A DNA stretch of 61,733 bases from Nemertoderma westbladi. Its lineage: Eukaryota; Animalia; Xenacoelomorpha. The position numbers and the translations under genes were made by a program. Shown one piece after another: positions 13,001 to 27,800 of this stretch. A model generated the notes under the pieces. The model searched no databases. It saw only the letters and a program-made list of their open reading frames with translations, and was not told the DNA's origin. The first letter of the stretch is position 1. Every line of letters starts with the position of its first letter. The stretch lies in contig JAUCBJ010000858.1 of NCBI GenBank assembly GCA_032718475.1, positions 1 through 61,733 of the forward strand, written 5' to 3'.

Positions 13001-16000
13001 CATTACAACTAACTTAACCTGAACCATTACAACTAACTTACCATGAACCATTACAACTAACTTACCATGAACCATTACAACTAACTTACCCTGAACCATT
13101 ACAACGAACTTACCCTGAACCATTACAAGTAACTTACCCTGAACCATTACAACTAACTTACCCTGAACCATTACAACTAGGTTACCCTAAACCATTACAA
13201 CCAACTTACCCTGAACCATTACAACTAACTTACCATGAACCATTACAACTAGGTTACCCTGAACCATTACAACTAACTTACCCTGAACCATTACAACTAA
13301 CTTACCCTGAACCATTACAACTAGGTTACCCTAAACCATTACAACCAACTTACCCTGAACCATTACAACTAACTTACCCTGAACCATTACAACTAGGTTA
13401 CCCTGAACCATTACAACTAACTTACCCTGAACCATTATAACGAACTTACCCTGAACCATTACAAGTAACTTACCCTGAACCATTACAACTAACTTACCCT
13501 GAACCATTACAACTAGGTTACCCTAAACCATTACAACTAACTTACCCTGAACCATTACAACTAACTTACCCTGAACCATTACAACTAGGTTACCCTAAAC
13601 CATTACAACCAACTTACCCTGAACCATTACAACTAACTTACCATGAACCATTACAACTAGGTTACCCTGAACCATTACAACTAACTTACCCTGAACCATT
13701 ACAACTAACTTACCCTGAACCATTACAACTAGGTTACCCTAAACCATTACAACCAACTTACCCTGAACCATTACAACTAACTTACCCTGAACCATTACAA
13801 CTAGGTTACCCTGAACCATTACAACTAACTTACCCTGAACCATTACAACAAACTTACCCTGAACCATTACAAGTAACTTACCCTGAACCATTACAACTAA
13901 CTTACCCTGAACCATTACAACTAGGTTACCCTAAACCATTACAACTAACTTACCCTGAACCATTACAACGAACTTACCCTGAACCATTACAAGTAACTTA
14001 ACCTGAACCATTACAACTAACATACCATGAACCATTACAACTAACTTACCATGAACCATTACAACTAACTTACCCTGAACCATTACAACTAACTTACCCT
14101 GAACCATTACAACTAACTTACCCTGAACCATTACAACGAACTTACCCTGAACCATTACAAGTAACTTAACCTGAACCATTACAACTGACTTACCATGAAC
14201 CATTACAACTAACTTACCCTGAACCATTACAACTAACTTACCCTGAACCATTACAAGTAACTTACCCTGAACCATTACAACTAGGTTACCCTGAACCATT
14301 ACAACTAGGTTACCCTGAACCATTACAACTAGGTTACCCTGAACCATTACAACTGACTTACCATGAACCATTACAACTAACTTACCCTGAACCATTACAA
14401 CGAACTTACCCTGAACCATTACAAGTAACTTAACCTGAACCATTACAACTGACTTACCATGAACCATTACAACTAACTTACCCTGAACCATTACAACAAA
14501 CTTACCCTGAACCATTACAAGTAACTTACCCTGAACCATTACAACTAACTTACCCTGAACCATTACAAGTAACTTACCCTGAACCATTACAAGTAACTTA
14601 CCCTGAACCATTACAACTAACTTACCCTGAACCATTACAACTAACTTACCCTGAACCATTACAAGTAACTTACCCTGAACCATTACAACTAACTTACCCT
14701 GAACCATTACAATTAACTTAACCTGAACCATTACAACTAACTTACCCTGAACCATTACAACTAACTTACCCTGAACCATTACAACTAACTTACCCTGAAC
14801 CATTACAACTAGGTTACCCTGAACCATTACAAATAACTTAACCTGAACCATTACAACCAACTTACCCTGAACCATTACAACCAACTTAACCTGAACCATT
14901 ACAACTAACTTACCCTGAACCATTACAAATAACTTAACCTGAACCATTACAACCAACTTACCCTGAACCATTACAACCAACTTAACCTGAACCATTACAA
15001 CTAACTTACCCTGAACCATTACAACTAACTTACCCTGAACCATTACAACTAACTTACCCTGAACCATTACAACGAACTTACCCTGAACCATTACAACTAG
15101 GTTACCCTGAACCATTACAACTAGGTTACCCTGAACCATTACAACTAGGTTACCCTGAACCATTACAACTAGGTTACCCTGAACCATTACAACTAACTTA
15201 CCCTAAACCATTACAACGAACTTACCCTGAACCATTACAAGTAACTTAACCTGAACCATTACAACTGACTTACCATGAACCATTACAACTAACTTACCCT
15301 GAACCATTACAACTAACTTACCCTGAACCATTACAAGTAACTTACCCTGAACCATTACAACTAACTTACCCTGAACCATTACAACTAGGTTACCCTGAAC
15401 CATTACAACTAGGTTACCCTGAACCATTACAACTAGGTTACCCTGAACCATTACAACTAACTTAACCTGAACCATTACAACTAACTTACCCTGAACCATT
15501 ACAACTAGGTTACCCTGAACCATTACAACTAGGTTACCCTGAACCATTACAACTAACTTACCCTGAACCATTACAACTAGGTTACCCTGAACCATTACAA
15601 CTAACTTAACCTGAACCATTACAACCAACTTACCCTGAACCATTACAACCAACTTAACCTGAACCATTACAACTAACTTACCCTGAACCATTACAACTAA
15701 CTTACCCTGAACCATTACAACTAACTTACCCTGAACCATTACAACTAACTTACCCTGAACCATTACAACTAACTTACCATGAACCATTACAACTAACTTA
15801 CCATGAACCATTACAACTAACTTACCCTGAACCATTACAAGTAACTTACCCTGAACCATTACAACGAACTTACCCTGAACCATTACAAGTAACTTAACCT
15901 GAACCATTACAACTAACTTACCATGAACCATTACAACTAACTTACCATGAACCATTACAACTAACTTACCCTGAACCATTACAACTAACTTACCCTGAAC

Positions 16001-19000
16001 CATTACAAGTAACTTACCCTGAACCATTACAAGTAACTTACCATGAACCATTACAACTAACTTACCATGAACCATTACAACTAACTTACCCTGAACCATT
16101 ACAAGTAACTTACCATGAACCATTACAACTAACTTACCATGAACCATTACAACTAACTTACCCTGAACCATTACAAGTAACTTACCATGAACCATTACAA
16201 CTAACTTACCATGAACCATTACAACTAACTTACCCTGAACCATTACAACTAACTTACCCTGAACCATTACAAGTAACTTACCCTGAACCATTACAAGTAA
16301 CTTACCATGAACCATTACAACTAACTTACCATGAACCATTACAACTAACTTACCCTGAACCATTACAAGTAACTTACCATGAACCATTACAACTAACTTA
16401 CCATGAACCATTACAACTAACTTACCCTGAACCATTACAACTAACTTACCCTGAACCATTACAACTAACTTACCCTGAACCATTACAACTAACTTACCAT
16501 GAACCATTACAAGTAACTTACCCTGAACCATTACAAGTAACTTACCATGAACCATTACAACTAACTTACCATGAACCATTACAACTAACTTACCCTGAAC
16601 CATTACAACTAACTTACCCTGAACCATTACAAGTAACTTACCCTGAACCATTACAACTAACTTACCCTGAACCATTACAACTAGGTTACCCTAAACCATT
16701 ACAACTAGGTTACCCTGAACCATTACAACTAGGTCACCCTGAACCATTACAACTAACTTACCCTGAACCATTACAACTAACTTACCCTGAACCATGAGAT
16801 CTGGTTTCGGTTGCAGAGCAAATCTTCTGTTTAGCGGGTCGATTTCACCTGGAGCGATGAGTTTCTGAATAAAAAGAGATAAAATAACTTTATAAACTTT
16901 CAAGTATAAACGAGTGCAAATCAACATATCGGTACATACTACATACACAGCAAATCAACCTACTTACTCGTACAATTAAACCTACATCCTGCAGTTTAAA
17001 TAAACTGGGGAGGTTGCGTGTCTGTTTCGTTCACCGTATCCAACGGTACGAAACAGGGCGGGATCTTGTCACCGAGATTCTACAACCTTTACGTAGATGA
17101 TCTCAGTTTCGAGTTCACCGAATCAGGCGTCGGCTGTGTTGTCAGTGGCCAGCGCGCTAACCACTTTATATATGCTGATGACCTAGCCTTGGCTTCTAAT
17201 TCTATACATGGGCTCAACACTCTTATACAGATATATAAAAAATATGCAGATTCCCATTCCATTAAAGTGAATGTCAAAAAATCTAAGCTTATGATATTTA
17301 CACCTAAATCAAATAAAAATTTACTTGCAAACAATATTACTGTTAATTGTTCGAAATTGGAAATACATTGGTTTCTAAATACAAATACTTGGGTCACATA
17401 ATACATAACTCAACAGATGATATTTTAAATCAACTTCATAGTTTGTATAAACGTGGGAATCTGCTTTTTTATAAATTTAAATTTTGTTCTAGAACTATCA
17501 AGCGTAAATTGTTCCAATGATTTTGTACGCAATTTTATTGCAATGCATTGTGGTCCAGGCGAAATCTTAGTCTCAGCATATATAATAAACTGCGCGTTGG
17601 CTATAACAATATTGCTAGGCGTCTGTTCGGGTACAGCTACGACTTTAGCGTTTCACTAATGTTTGGGGAACTCGACTTACCCAAATTTTGTCACATTAGA
17701 TTCAATGCAATAAATTCGTTGTTCCGCCGTGTCGACAATAGTGAAAATAGTATTGTACGGGCGGTTGCATTGGCCACTATTCATACAAGCAGGTTGCGTG
17801 AATCCATATTTTATGTATGAAATACAATTATTATCTTGTAATTATATAATGTACTGTACGTTTTAGTCTATTAACATTTGTTTATAAGTTTACTGTGCTA
17901 CTATTTCTTACTAAGTATGATGTATGTACTAGCGTCTCGTGCTTCGCCTTAATATATTTTTCCTACATATTAATTAATGTTACTTCTGGTTTATCGTGCT
18001 TGTATGTATTGTGTATGTTATGTATTAATAATTAGTCGACTGTTTTACTATGGGAGTACGTTAGCCTGGATTAAAGAATAAAAAAAAAAAAAAAAATTAC
18101 ATCCTGCAGTAAATAAACTTACATCCTGCAGCAAATAAACTTACATCCTGCAGCAAATAAACTTACAGCATTCAGCAAATAAACTTACAGCATGCTGCAA
18201 ATAAACTTATATCCTGCAGCAAACAAACTTACAGCATGCAGCAAATAAACTTACATCCTGCAGCAAATAAAATTACACCCTGCAGCAAATAAATTTACAT
18301 CCTGTAGCAAATAAACATACATCCTGCAGCAAATAAATTTACATCCTGCAGCAAATAAACTTACATCCTGCAGCAAATAAACTTACAGCATTCAGCAAAT
18401 AAATTTACATCCTGCAGCAAATAAACTTACACCCTGCAGCAAATAAACTTACAGCATTCACCAAATAAATTTACATCCTGTAGCAAATAAACATACATCC
18501 TGCAGCAAATAAATTTACATCCTGCAGCAAATAAACTTACATCCTGCAGCAAATAAACTTACAGCATTCAGCAAATAAATTTACATCCTGTAGCAAATAA
18601 ACATACATCCTGCAGCAAATAAATTTACATCCTGCAGCAAATAAACTTACATCCTGCAGCAAATAAACTTACAGCATTCAGCAATTAAATTTACATCCTG
18701 CAGCAAATAAACTTACACCCTGCAGCAAATAAACTTACAGCATTCACCAAATAAATTTACATCCTGCAGCAAATAAACATACATCCTGCAGAAAATAAAT
18801 TTACATCCTGCAGCAAATAAACATACATCCTGCAGCAAATAAAGTTACATCCTGCAGCAAATAAACATACATCCTGCAGCAAATAAATTTACATCCTGCA
18901 GCAAATAAACATACAGCATGCAGCAAATAAACATACAGCATTCAGCAAATAAATTTACATCCTGCTGCAAATAAACTTACACCATGCAGCAAGTTACATC

Positions 19001-21847
19001 CTGCAGCAAATAAACTTACATCCTGCAGCAAATAAACATACATCCTGCAGCAAATAAATTTACATCCTGCAGCAAATAAACATACAGCATGCAGCAAATA
19101 AACTTACAGCATGCAGCAAATAAACTTACATCCTGCAGCAAATAAACTTACACCCTGCAGCAAATAAACATACAGCATGCAGCAAATAAACATACAGCAT
19201 GCAGCAAATAAACATACAGCATTCAGCAAATAAATTTACATCCTGCTGCAAATAAACTTACACCCTGCAGCAAGTTACATCCTGCAGCAAATAAACTTAC
19301 ATCCTGCAGCAAATAAACAAACATCCTGCAGCAAATAAATTTACATCCTGCAGCAAATAAACATACAGCATGCAGCAAATAAACTTACAGCATGCAGCAA
19401 ATAAACTTACATCCTGCAGCAAATAAACTTACACCCTGCAGCAAATAAACTTACATCCTGCAGCAAATAAACTTACAGCATGCAGCAAATAAACTTAATG
19501 CATGCAGCAAATAAACTTACATACTGCAGCAAATAAACTTAAATACAGAAGCAAATAAAGTTACATACTGCGGCAAATAAAGTTACTTACTGCGGCAAAA
19601 AAAGGTACATACTGCGACAAATAAAAACTAACATCGTGCAGCAACTTTCCCAGTATATAGAAACTTTGAGCCCAAAGGAACGGTAATTTGCCTCCCAACT
19701 CCCTGTCCACTGTGTGCGGGTTAGATGTTTCCATGGCGACCAAGTGCTGCGGTACGTAGTACAACTGAGGCACTAAGGTAAACCCCTCGTCCGTTTTAAC
19801 CACCACCGACGCCAATTTCTTTTGATAAAGAGCGACCTAAAGGAAAGAAGAACCTCCCGATAAAGAGCGACCTAAAGGAAAGAAGAACCTCCCGATAAAG
19901 AGCGACCTAAAGGAAAGAAGAACCTCCCGATAAAGAGCGACCTAAAGGAAAGAAGAACCTCCCGATAAAGAGCGACCTAAAGGAAAGAAGAACCTCCCGA
20001 TAAAGAGCGACATAAAGGAAAGAAGAACCTCCCGATAAAGAGCGACCTAAAGGAAAGAAGAACCTCCCGATAAAGAGCGACCTAAAGGAAAGAAGAACCT
20101 CCCGATAAGGAGCGACCTAAAGGAAAGAAGAACCTCCCGATAAAGAGCGACCTAAAGGAAAGAAGAACCTCCCGATAAAGAGCGACCTAAAGGAAAGAAG
20201 AACCTCCCGATAAAGAGCGACCTAAAGGAAAGAAGAACCTCCCGATAAAGAGCGACCTAAAGGAAAGAAGAACCTCCCGATAAAGAGCGACCTAAAGGAA
20301 AGAAGAACTTCCCATCAGTTACAGTCAACTTAAAAACATCCCAATCAACATTTACCATAAATCATTTAAATCCATTTTCTGTATTAAAGGAGAACATATG
20401 AAAAAACAGTGTTGTGACGTCACTAATAACTTAATTTAAACCGAATATACTATGACGTCACCTGTTCGTCGTCCCCGTTGAATATCCCGTCGAGAATGAG
20501 AATGGTCCAGAACAGTGGCCATTCGCACTCGATGTTCTCAAACTGTTTGAGTTCCCAGGGTTCGTAATAAAGTCGGCATCTATCCTGATTGGCCAATAAA
20601 TAAAATGTACTTATAAAAGGTATTAATTATTATAAAATTAGTTAAATTATCAACTATAAGTTTGACAAGAAGAAGAAATTTTAACTGGACCTGAGTACAA
20701 GTAATAAATTACGGATTATTTAAAATTTAATTAATCTACTTTCTAATGTAAATGTTTGTGGCGAGTTACTTTTAACTATAATTAATTGTGAACAACATAA
20801 TTATCATCTAACTAACACCAGTGTCTCGTTTCCATATTTAACTCGCTTCACTCGTGCACCAAACACGTTACTCGCAATAGCTCACAAACCGGTTCCTTTC
20901 CAGTATAATTAGTAAACAACTGACCTCTTTAACTGTGCGGTACCCGTCTCTAAGGAAACGACAACAACCGTATCGACCCTCCAGCTTCTCTACAATCCCG
21001 TCTCGCGTCGAGTTAACCAGACTATCCGAATCCACTCCGAACGCGGGGTAACTTATGATTGACAGCATACCAGCGTCGATTTCCTGAGAAGTGAAAACAG
21101 AAACCGGCTGGTTCTCAGACAAAGAGAATATAATATAAACAGATATGGGTGCTCGGTGCTCGGTGCTCTATAATAACGTATCAGTACCACAAGTAGACAC
21201 AATTCCCTGCCAAAGCTCCCTATGAACCAGCAGCTTTTATTATCATTTTCGTTTAGTATAATATTAGCATTTAGCAAAACATAATTTGAGTTGTTAATTG
21301 TAACTTTTGCCTTTAAAGGTATTTTTATTAACCGTTGGAAAAAAATTAATTTACACGGCGCAAGACAGGAGTCAGAGTAAAACGCGGATTCCACATTTAA
21401 CATTGTCGCTACGGAAGTCGATTTTTTTTACATTTTTATAACTCCCAAAAATAAAACTATAACCAGTTCTATTGACTTTAGTTTATTGTTTTGGTTTAAA
21501 TAACGTGCCACTGTAACCTGCTCCTTTCCCTTAATTGATAATTTTGGAATCCGGATCCGCGTTTTACACCTACCCGCAAGACAGCTTATTATTTTTTGAT
21601 GGTGCAGTAAAAGCGTACTCTTATAGCCTACAATACGTCTATAACAATTAAATATATAGAGATATAATATGCGACCGCTATACCTTAGAGCAGCTCTCCC
21701 TTGGCAGCATAGACTGCAGAACTGCCTGACATTTCATCATCTCGTCCGGCATCACGTGAATAACAGAATCCGGAGCGCCTCGGGGCCCGAATAAATCCAG
21801 TTCGTTTATCGCTTCCATAGCGGCCTTAGCCATACCTGCAATCAATT

Positions 21848-21894
<47 letters not shown>

Positions 21895-24800
21895 AAATAA
21901 ATTAGGTTTAGCCTACCGGTATATATAGCCTACCTATAGAACTGGCATTGAGTTCAGTCTGACCGTGGTTGGTTTTCTCTCCCCTCTCCCAGACACCGAA
22001 GTCGGGTGTCCTGTAAGCGTTCTCGATGTAGAATACGAGGTTCTGGATGAAAGAGACCTCGTCGAGAGAGTATATGATCTGTAATCCTGGAAGAAGCAAA
22101 ATAAAAACACCGTCTGTTTTACATTTGGAACATTGTTTCATTCTAAAATACCATTGTAACGTAAAACAGTATGTATAACTTTAAACGACATAGGTGTGAT
22201 TTATATGACGGGTGGGAATCCAGCACCACCTGTATACTGATACTCCAAGTAATAAGTTAGCCCTTGGTAAGATTGCAGCGCTCCCTTCTATATTACAATT
22301 GTAATATTCAGAGAACAGTGGAACTTAAAGGACTGCTGCACAGCAATACTGCAGCATGAACTGTTGAATATACTGTTGAACAGCTATACTGCTGTACAGC
22401 TATACTGCTGCACAGCTATACTGATGAACAGCTATACTGCTGCACAGCTATACTGCTGCACAGCTATACTGCTGCACAGCTATACTGCTGCACAGCTATA
22501 CTGCTGAACAGCTATACTGCTGAACGGCTATACTGATGAACAGCTATACTGCTGCACAGCTATACTGATGAACAGCTATACTGCTGTACAGCTATACTGC
22601 TGCACAGCTATACTGATGCACAGATACAGTTATATTGCTGCACAGATATACTGCTGCACAGCTATACTGCTGAACAGCTATACTGCTGAACAGCTATACT
22701 GCTGCACAGCTTACTGATGAACAGCTATACTGCTGAACAGATATACTGATGAACACCTATACTGCTGCACAGCTATACTGCTGCACACCTATACTGATGC
22801 ACAGATACAGTTATATTGCTGCACAGATATACTGCTGCACAGCTATACTGCTGAACAGCTATACTGCTGAACAGCTATACTGCTGAACAGCTATACTGCT
22901 GCACAGCTTACTGATGAACAGCTATACTGCTAAACAGCTATACTGTTGCACAGCTATACTGCTGCACAGCTATACTGCTGCACATCTATACTACTGCACA
23001 GCTATACTGCTGCACAGCTATATACTGCTGCACAGCTATACTGATGAACAGCTATACTGCTGGACAGCTATACTGCTGCACAGCTATCCTGCTGCACAGC
23101 TATACTGCTGCACAGCTATACTGATGCACAGATACAGTTATATTGCTGCACAGATATACTGCTGCACAGCTATACTGCTGAACAGCTATACTGCTGAACA
23201 GCTATACTGCTGAACGGCTATACTGATGAACAGCAATACTGCTGCACAGCTATACTGCTGCACAGCTATATTGCTGTACAGCTATACTGCTGCACAGCTA
23301 TACTACTGCACAGCGATACTGCTACACAGCTATACTGCTGAACGGCTATACTGATGAACAGCTATACTGCTGCACAGCTATACTGATGAACACCTATACT
23401 GCTGCACAGCTATACTGCTGCACAGCTATACTGATGCACAGATACAGTTATATTGGTGCACAGATATACTGCTGCACAGCTATACTGCTGAAGAGCTATA
23501 CTGCTGAACAGCTATACTGCTGCACAGCTTACTGATGAACAGCTATACTGCTGAACAGCTATACTGATGAACACCTATACTGCTGCACAGCTATACTGCT
23601 GCACAGCTATACTGATGCACAGATACAGTTATATTGCTGCACAGATATACTGCTGCACAGCTATACTGCTGAACAGCTGTACTGCTGAACAGCTATACTG
23701 CTGCACAGCTTACTGATGAACAGCTATACTGCTGAACAGCTATACTGTTGCACAGCTATACTGCTGCACAGCTATACTGCTGCCAGCTTACTGATGAACA
23801 GCTATACTGCTGGACAGCTATACTGCTGCACAGCTATACTGCTGCACAGCTATACTGCTGCACAGCTATACTGCTGCACAGCTATACTACTGCCAGCTTA
23901 CTGATGAACAGCTATACTGCTGCACAGCTATACTGCTGAAACAGCTATACTGCTGCAAAGCTATACTGTTGAACAGCTATACTGCTGTACAGCTATACTG
24001 CTGCACAGCTTACTGATGAACAGCTATACTGCTGCACAGCTATACTGCTGAAACAGCTATACTGCTGCAAAGCTATACTGTTGAACATCTATACTGCTGT
24101 ACAGCTATACTGCTGCACAGCTTACTGATGAACAGCTATACTGCTGTACAGCTATACTGCTGCACAGCTATACTGCTGCACAGCTATACTGCTGCACAGC
24201 TATACTGCTGAAACAGCTATACTGCTGCAAAGCTATACTGTTGAACAGCTATACTGCTGTACAGCTATACTGCTGCACAGCTTACTGATGAACAGCTATA
24301 CTGCTGCACAGCTATACTGCTGAAACAGCTATACTGCTGCAAAGCTATACTGTTGAACAGCTATACTGCTGCACAGCTTACTGATGAACAGCTATACTGC
24401 TGTACAGCTATACTGCTGCACAGCTATACTGCTGCACAGCTATACTGCTGAAACAGCTATACTGCTGAACACAGAAATAAAAATAGAAAACATTTCAGTT
24501 TACGATTGCCCAACACCTCTTAATTTCAGTTAAAGTATAAATTGATCACCTAAAACTCAAATAAAGCTCATCTCACCAACCTGACGCAGTCATCTGCGCG
24601 AGAGTCAGCAGGTATATACTCGTGGCGTCGATCTGAAGATGACCCCAATCGTAATCCCCAACCACAGGACGGAGTGTCTGGGTCCCGTACTTGGCGTGCA
24701 GTGCGTCCCGCGGACCTAACGAATGCTTGAACTGCTCCACCTTATCCACCTGAGTCATCATACATTGCAGAAGAGATCGCATCAGTTTCACCACGGCCTG

Positions 24801-27800
24801 GAAAATAAAAATAGATTTGTCATTCAAAATATTATTTATTGTCATACAAAACATCCTGTGGGGCGAGTCACGAAATGAGCGAAGCCTTGCCATACTGGTA
24901 CCATTAACGAGTTACGATTAACCTGCCATCCTCGTCCTCTAGTTTTTTATCGCAAATAACTCGGTCATTGTTGAAATTAAACTAAACTCGGTACGTATGC
25001 AGTCGTAACAGTTTTTTTAACTGTTTATTAATTTATTAATATCTATATCCGGTCTCCATTAATGCACAAATTGATTTAATAAAAGTTAACAGTAATTCTT
25101 AACACGGAAATAGCTATCACCATCATCTCCAAACTAATCGCAATGCTAGTGCCGCAAGGCGGTGATGGCTAAGCTAAGATAAGAAGTGGAGGGGGGGGGG
25201 GGGGGGGGAGGTCCACATGACGCCAACTGTAATAGGATATCAATCGGTTACATTTACCGGTGGGTGTAATGGAAGCATTCCTACGCAAACAAATTTTATG
25301 CATATGAAATAGGGTAAAAATGAGATATGAACAATAAGGTTTTAATTAATAATTTTGCGTACCATCAGTTCCTCTGTGAGTCTCGTGCGGCGCGAAGGCC
25401 CCACGAACGTGTTATATCGTTAAGTATTTTAAGTCTAAATAGAGGTAGGAGGTACTAGCCATACTTTTTTGGTGACACTATCACCTTGCTACATCCTCAA
25501 TCGATTCTTTATGATACTATATGACGCAGAAAAATGCAAAAAGGATAAAATTCATTCCATTTTCTCCAGCAGGACACAAATTTAGTGACCGCGCCGTGGC
25601 AGTGACCGCGTCGTGGCAGTGACCGCCGTGGAAGTGACATGGGACAAAATACTTACATCTTTTGCAATGAAACATGGTGTGTGTGCATCCTAGCTAAATT
25701 CAACGGTGTAACTGTCCCAACCGTCCAAAGTTTCATTTTGAGAAAAAAACATTTTTCTAATTTATTTTATGGTTGATTAAATATTTTAGTAAAGTGAAAT
25801 ATTCCCATAAATGGGCATATTGCATAATATTTATCCAACATATTGAATTTTAAATTGGGCGTTTGGCACATGTAAAAAAACATATTTAAATATTCAATAT
25901 TAAACATAGTCGTTTTTAAAACTTCACAAACGACATTATTTTTCTTTCAGGTAGGTCTATGATTTGATTAAAGGTAGGGGGAGGGGGGGGGGGGGGGGCC
26001 CACCCCTGAAATATAATCTGGAATATCTGTTATCGTTGAATATCCGAAAACCCCCATAAATACCATTGGGGTGTTGATAATCTTTAATAATTGTATTTTA
26101 TTGAGTAAATATTATACCATTGCTGTCGTTTGGGATATATGTAAAAGCAACCAAAATATTTAATTGTGTTTGGTACATTTTTAATTTTGTTAAACCTCAA
26201 AATATATAAGACCGTCACAATTATTGACACGGTCCACATAATTATAATACATAGTATAGTTTGCACCAAAAAACGGTATTTTCCTAAAATTGGCGGTTGT
26301 GACATTATAAAAAAAACTCCATCGTTTTCACATTTCCAAAACACAGCAGACAACGAAGCCCAGCAGACACACGGATGACACTTGCTTAGCCACTGATCTG
26401 TGCATGTTCTTGTTCTATGGCAGCCGGCTGGCGAGAGTAAACATGTTAGTCAGCCATTCTCATTACTACATTACTCATAAAGTTGAGTTGTGTGAGGGGA
26501 CTATAAAAATCAGCACAACTTATTGACGTTGATGAAAATGGCAGAGAAAATGTATTAATTTGACAAAAACTAGAGGATTATATTATCAACCCTCCCACCC
26601 TCAAAATAAATTAAGTTATACGCGATGTTGAATTAATTTATAACCCGGTAGTATATTATCTTCCAATTCATTCATTCAATTTCATTAAATTGTAAGCAAA
26701 ACATAACCTGCATTGTTATTGTGCATTTGTAAATATATTAAATGCTAATTAATTACAATGCAGTAATATAAAGCTTCAGTTTATACAACATGCTAAACGG
26801 TAATATTATATCAGTACCCAGAGTATCAGTTGTCGCACTAAGTAATCCATCGAAGAACAAGTTCATCATTCTAGTCAGCAAAATACCAGTGAGGGGTCTT
26901 CCCGGTTGGAGAGCGGAGACCACACGGTATATCCTCATCAGCTCGAGTCTAATAATATCGGTAACTGCTAATACGACAACATTAATAGCACAATCGTTCA
27001 ATATTTCCAAATAAATGGTAACGTTGCAGTCCATCATTACAAGCAAATCAACTAATTAAATGTTTACTTTCAGTTTCAAGCGGCTTTGAATGGAATTGGA
27101 TCGAAAGTATCGTCATAAGTAGGCGGTGAAGTAGCGCCCCCTAGCGGCAGCCCACCGCCACCATACGGCATCGTGGCGCCACCTTGTGGCATAGCAGTGC
27201 CTCCATACGGCATCGCAGCGCCACCTAGTGTCATTGCTGCGCCTCCATAGGGTATCGCAGCACCACCTTGTGGCATCACAACGCCACCTTGCGGGATAAT
27301 GGCGCCACCGTATCCAGACCCCGCTCCCACAACCGGGTGATGGATAGTAGGAACTAGGTAACCACTGGACTGGTTAACCAAATAGGGTATCTGAATGTTA
27401 CCCCCGCCACCGTGTATGTATATAACCTGAGGGAGAACCTTAGGACGTCTTCTACAACAAACCTTAATAGCCGCAAATACTATATGTACAATAAGCATGG
27501 GGAGTACACTGACCCATAAAATGATCTTGATGATGTTTACAGCCCGACAGGATATCGTAGTGCACATTCTTCTCCACCAGTTATCAGAATAATAAAATCG
27601 GTTGACAAATGAAATAAAGTTAGAAGAATTGCAGTTCCAGTAAGATTTTCTAGTCGTCTCTAGGATACGGTTTTTAGTTTGATTGTAATTGTAATCTAAT
27701 TTGGGTGGAGTGAAAAATTGTTTCTATTTGGGAGACACCATATAAGGGAGGGGGGGGGGGGGGCAGAGCAGAATTCCGACGCAATCAAAACTCATCCCTC

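Noticed and set aside
10427-16675. MVQGKLVV repeat ORFs
   Set aside because: Translations of the 24-bp donor satellite, broken by scattered TAG variants.
9213-20313. CRISPR-like appearance of the 35-49-bp repeats
   Set aside because: No unique spacers, no cas genes, eukaryotic intron context.
26753-27046. 97-aa ORF downstream of the nested gene
   Set aside because: No recognisable motif or splice support; probably 3' UTR.
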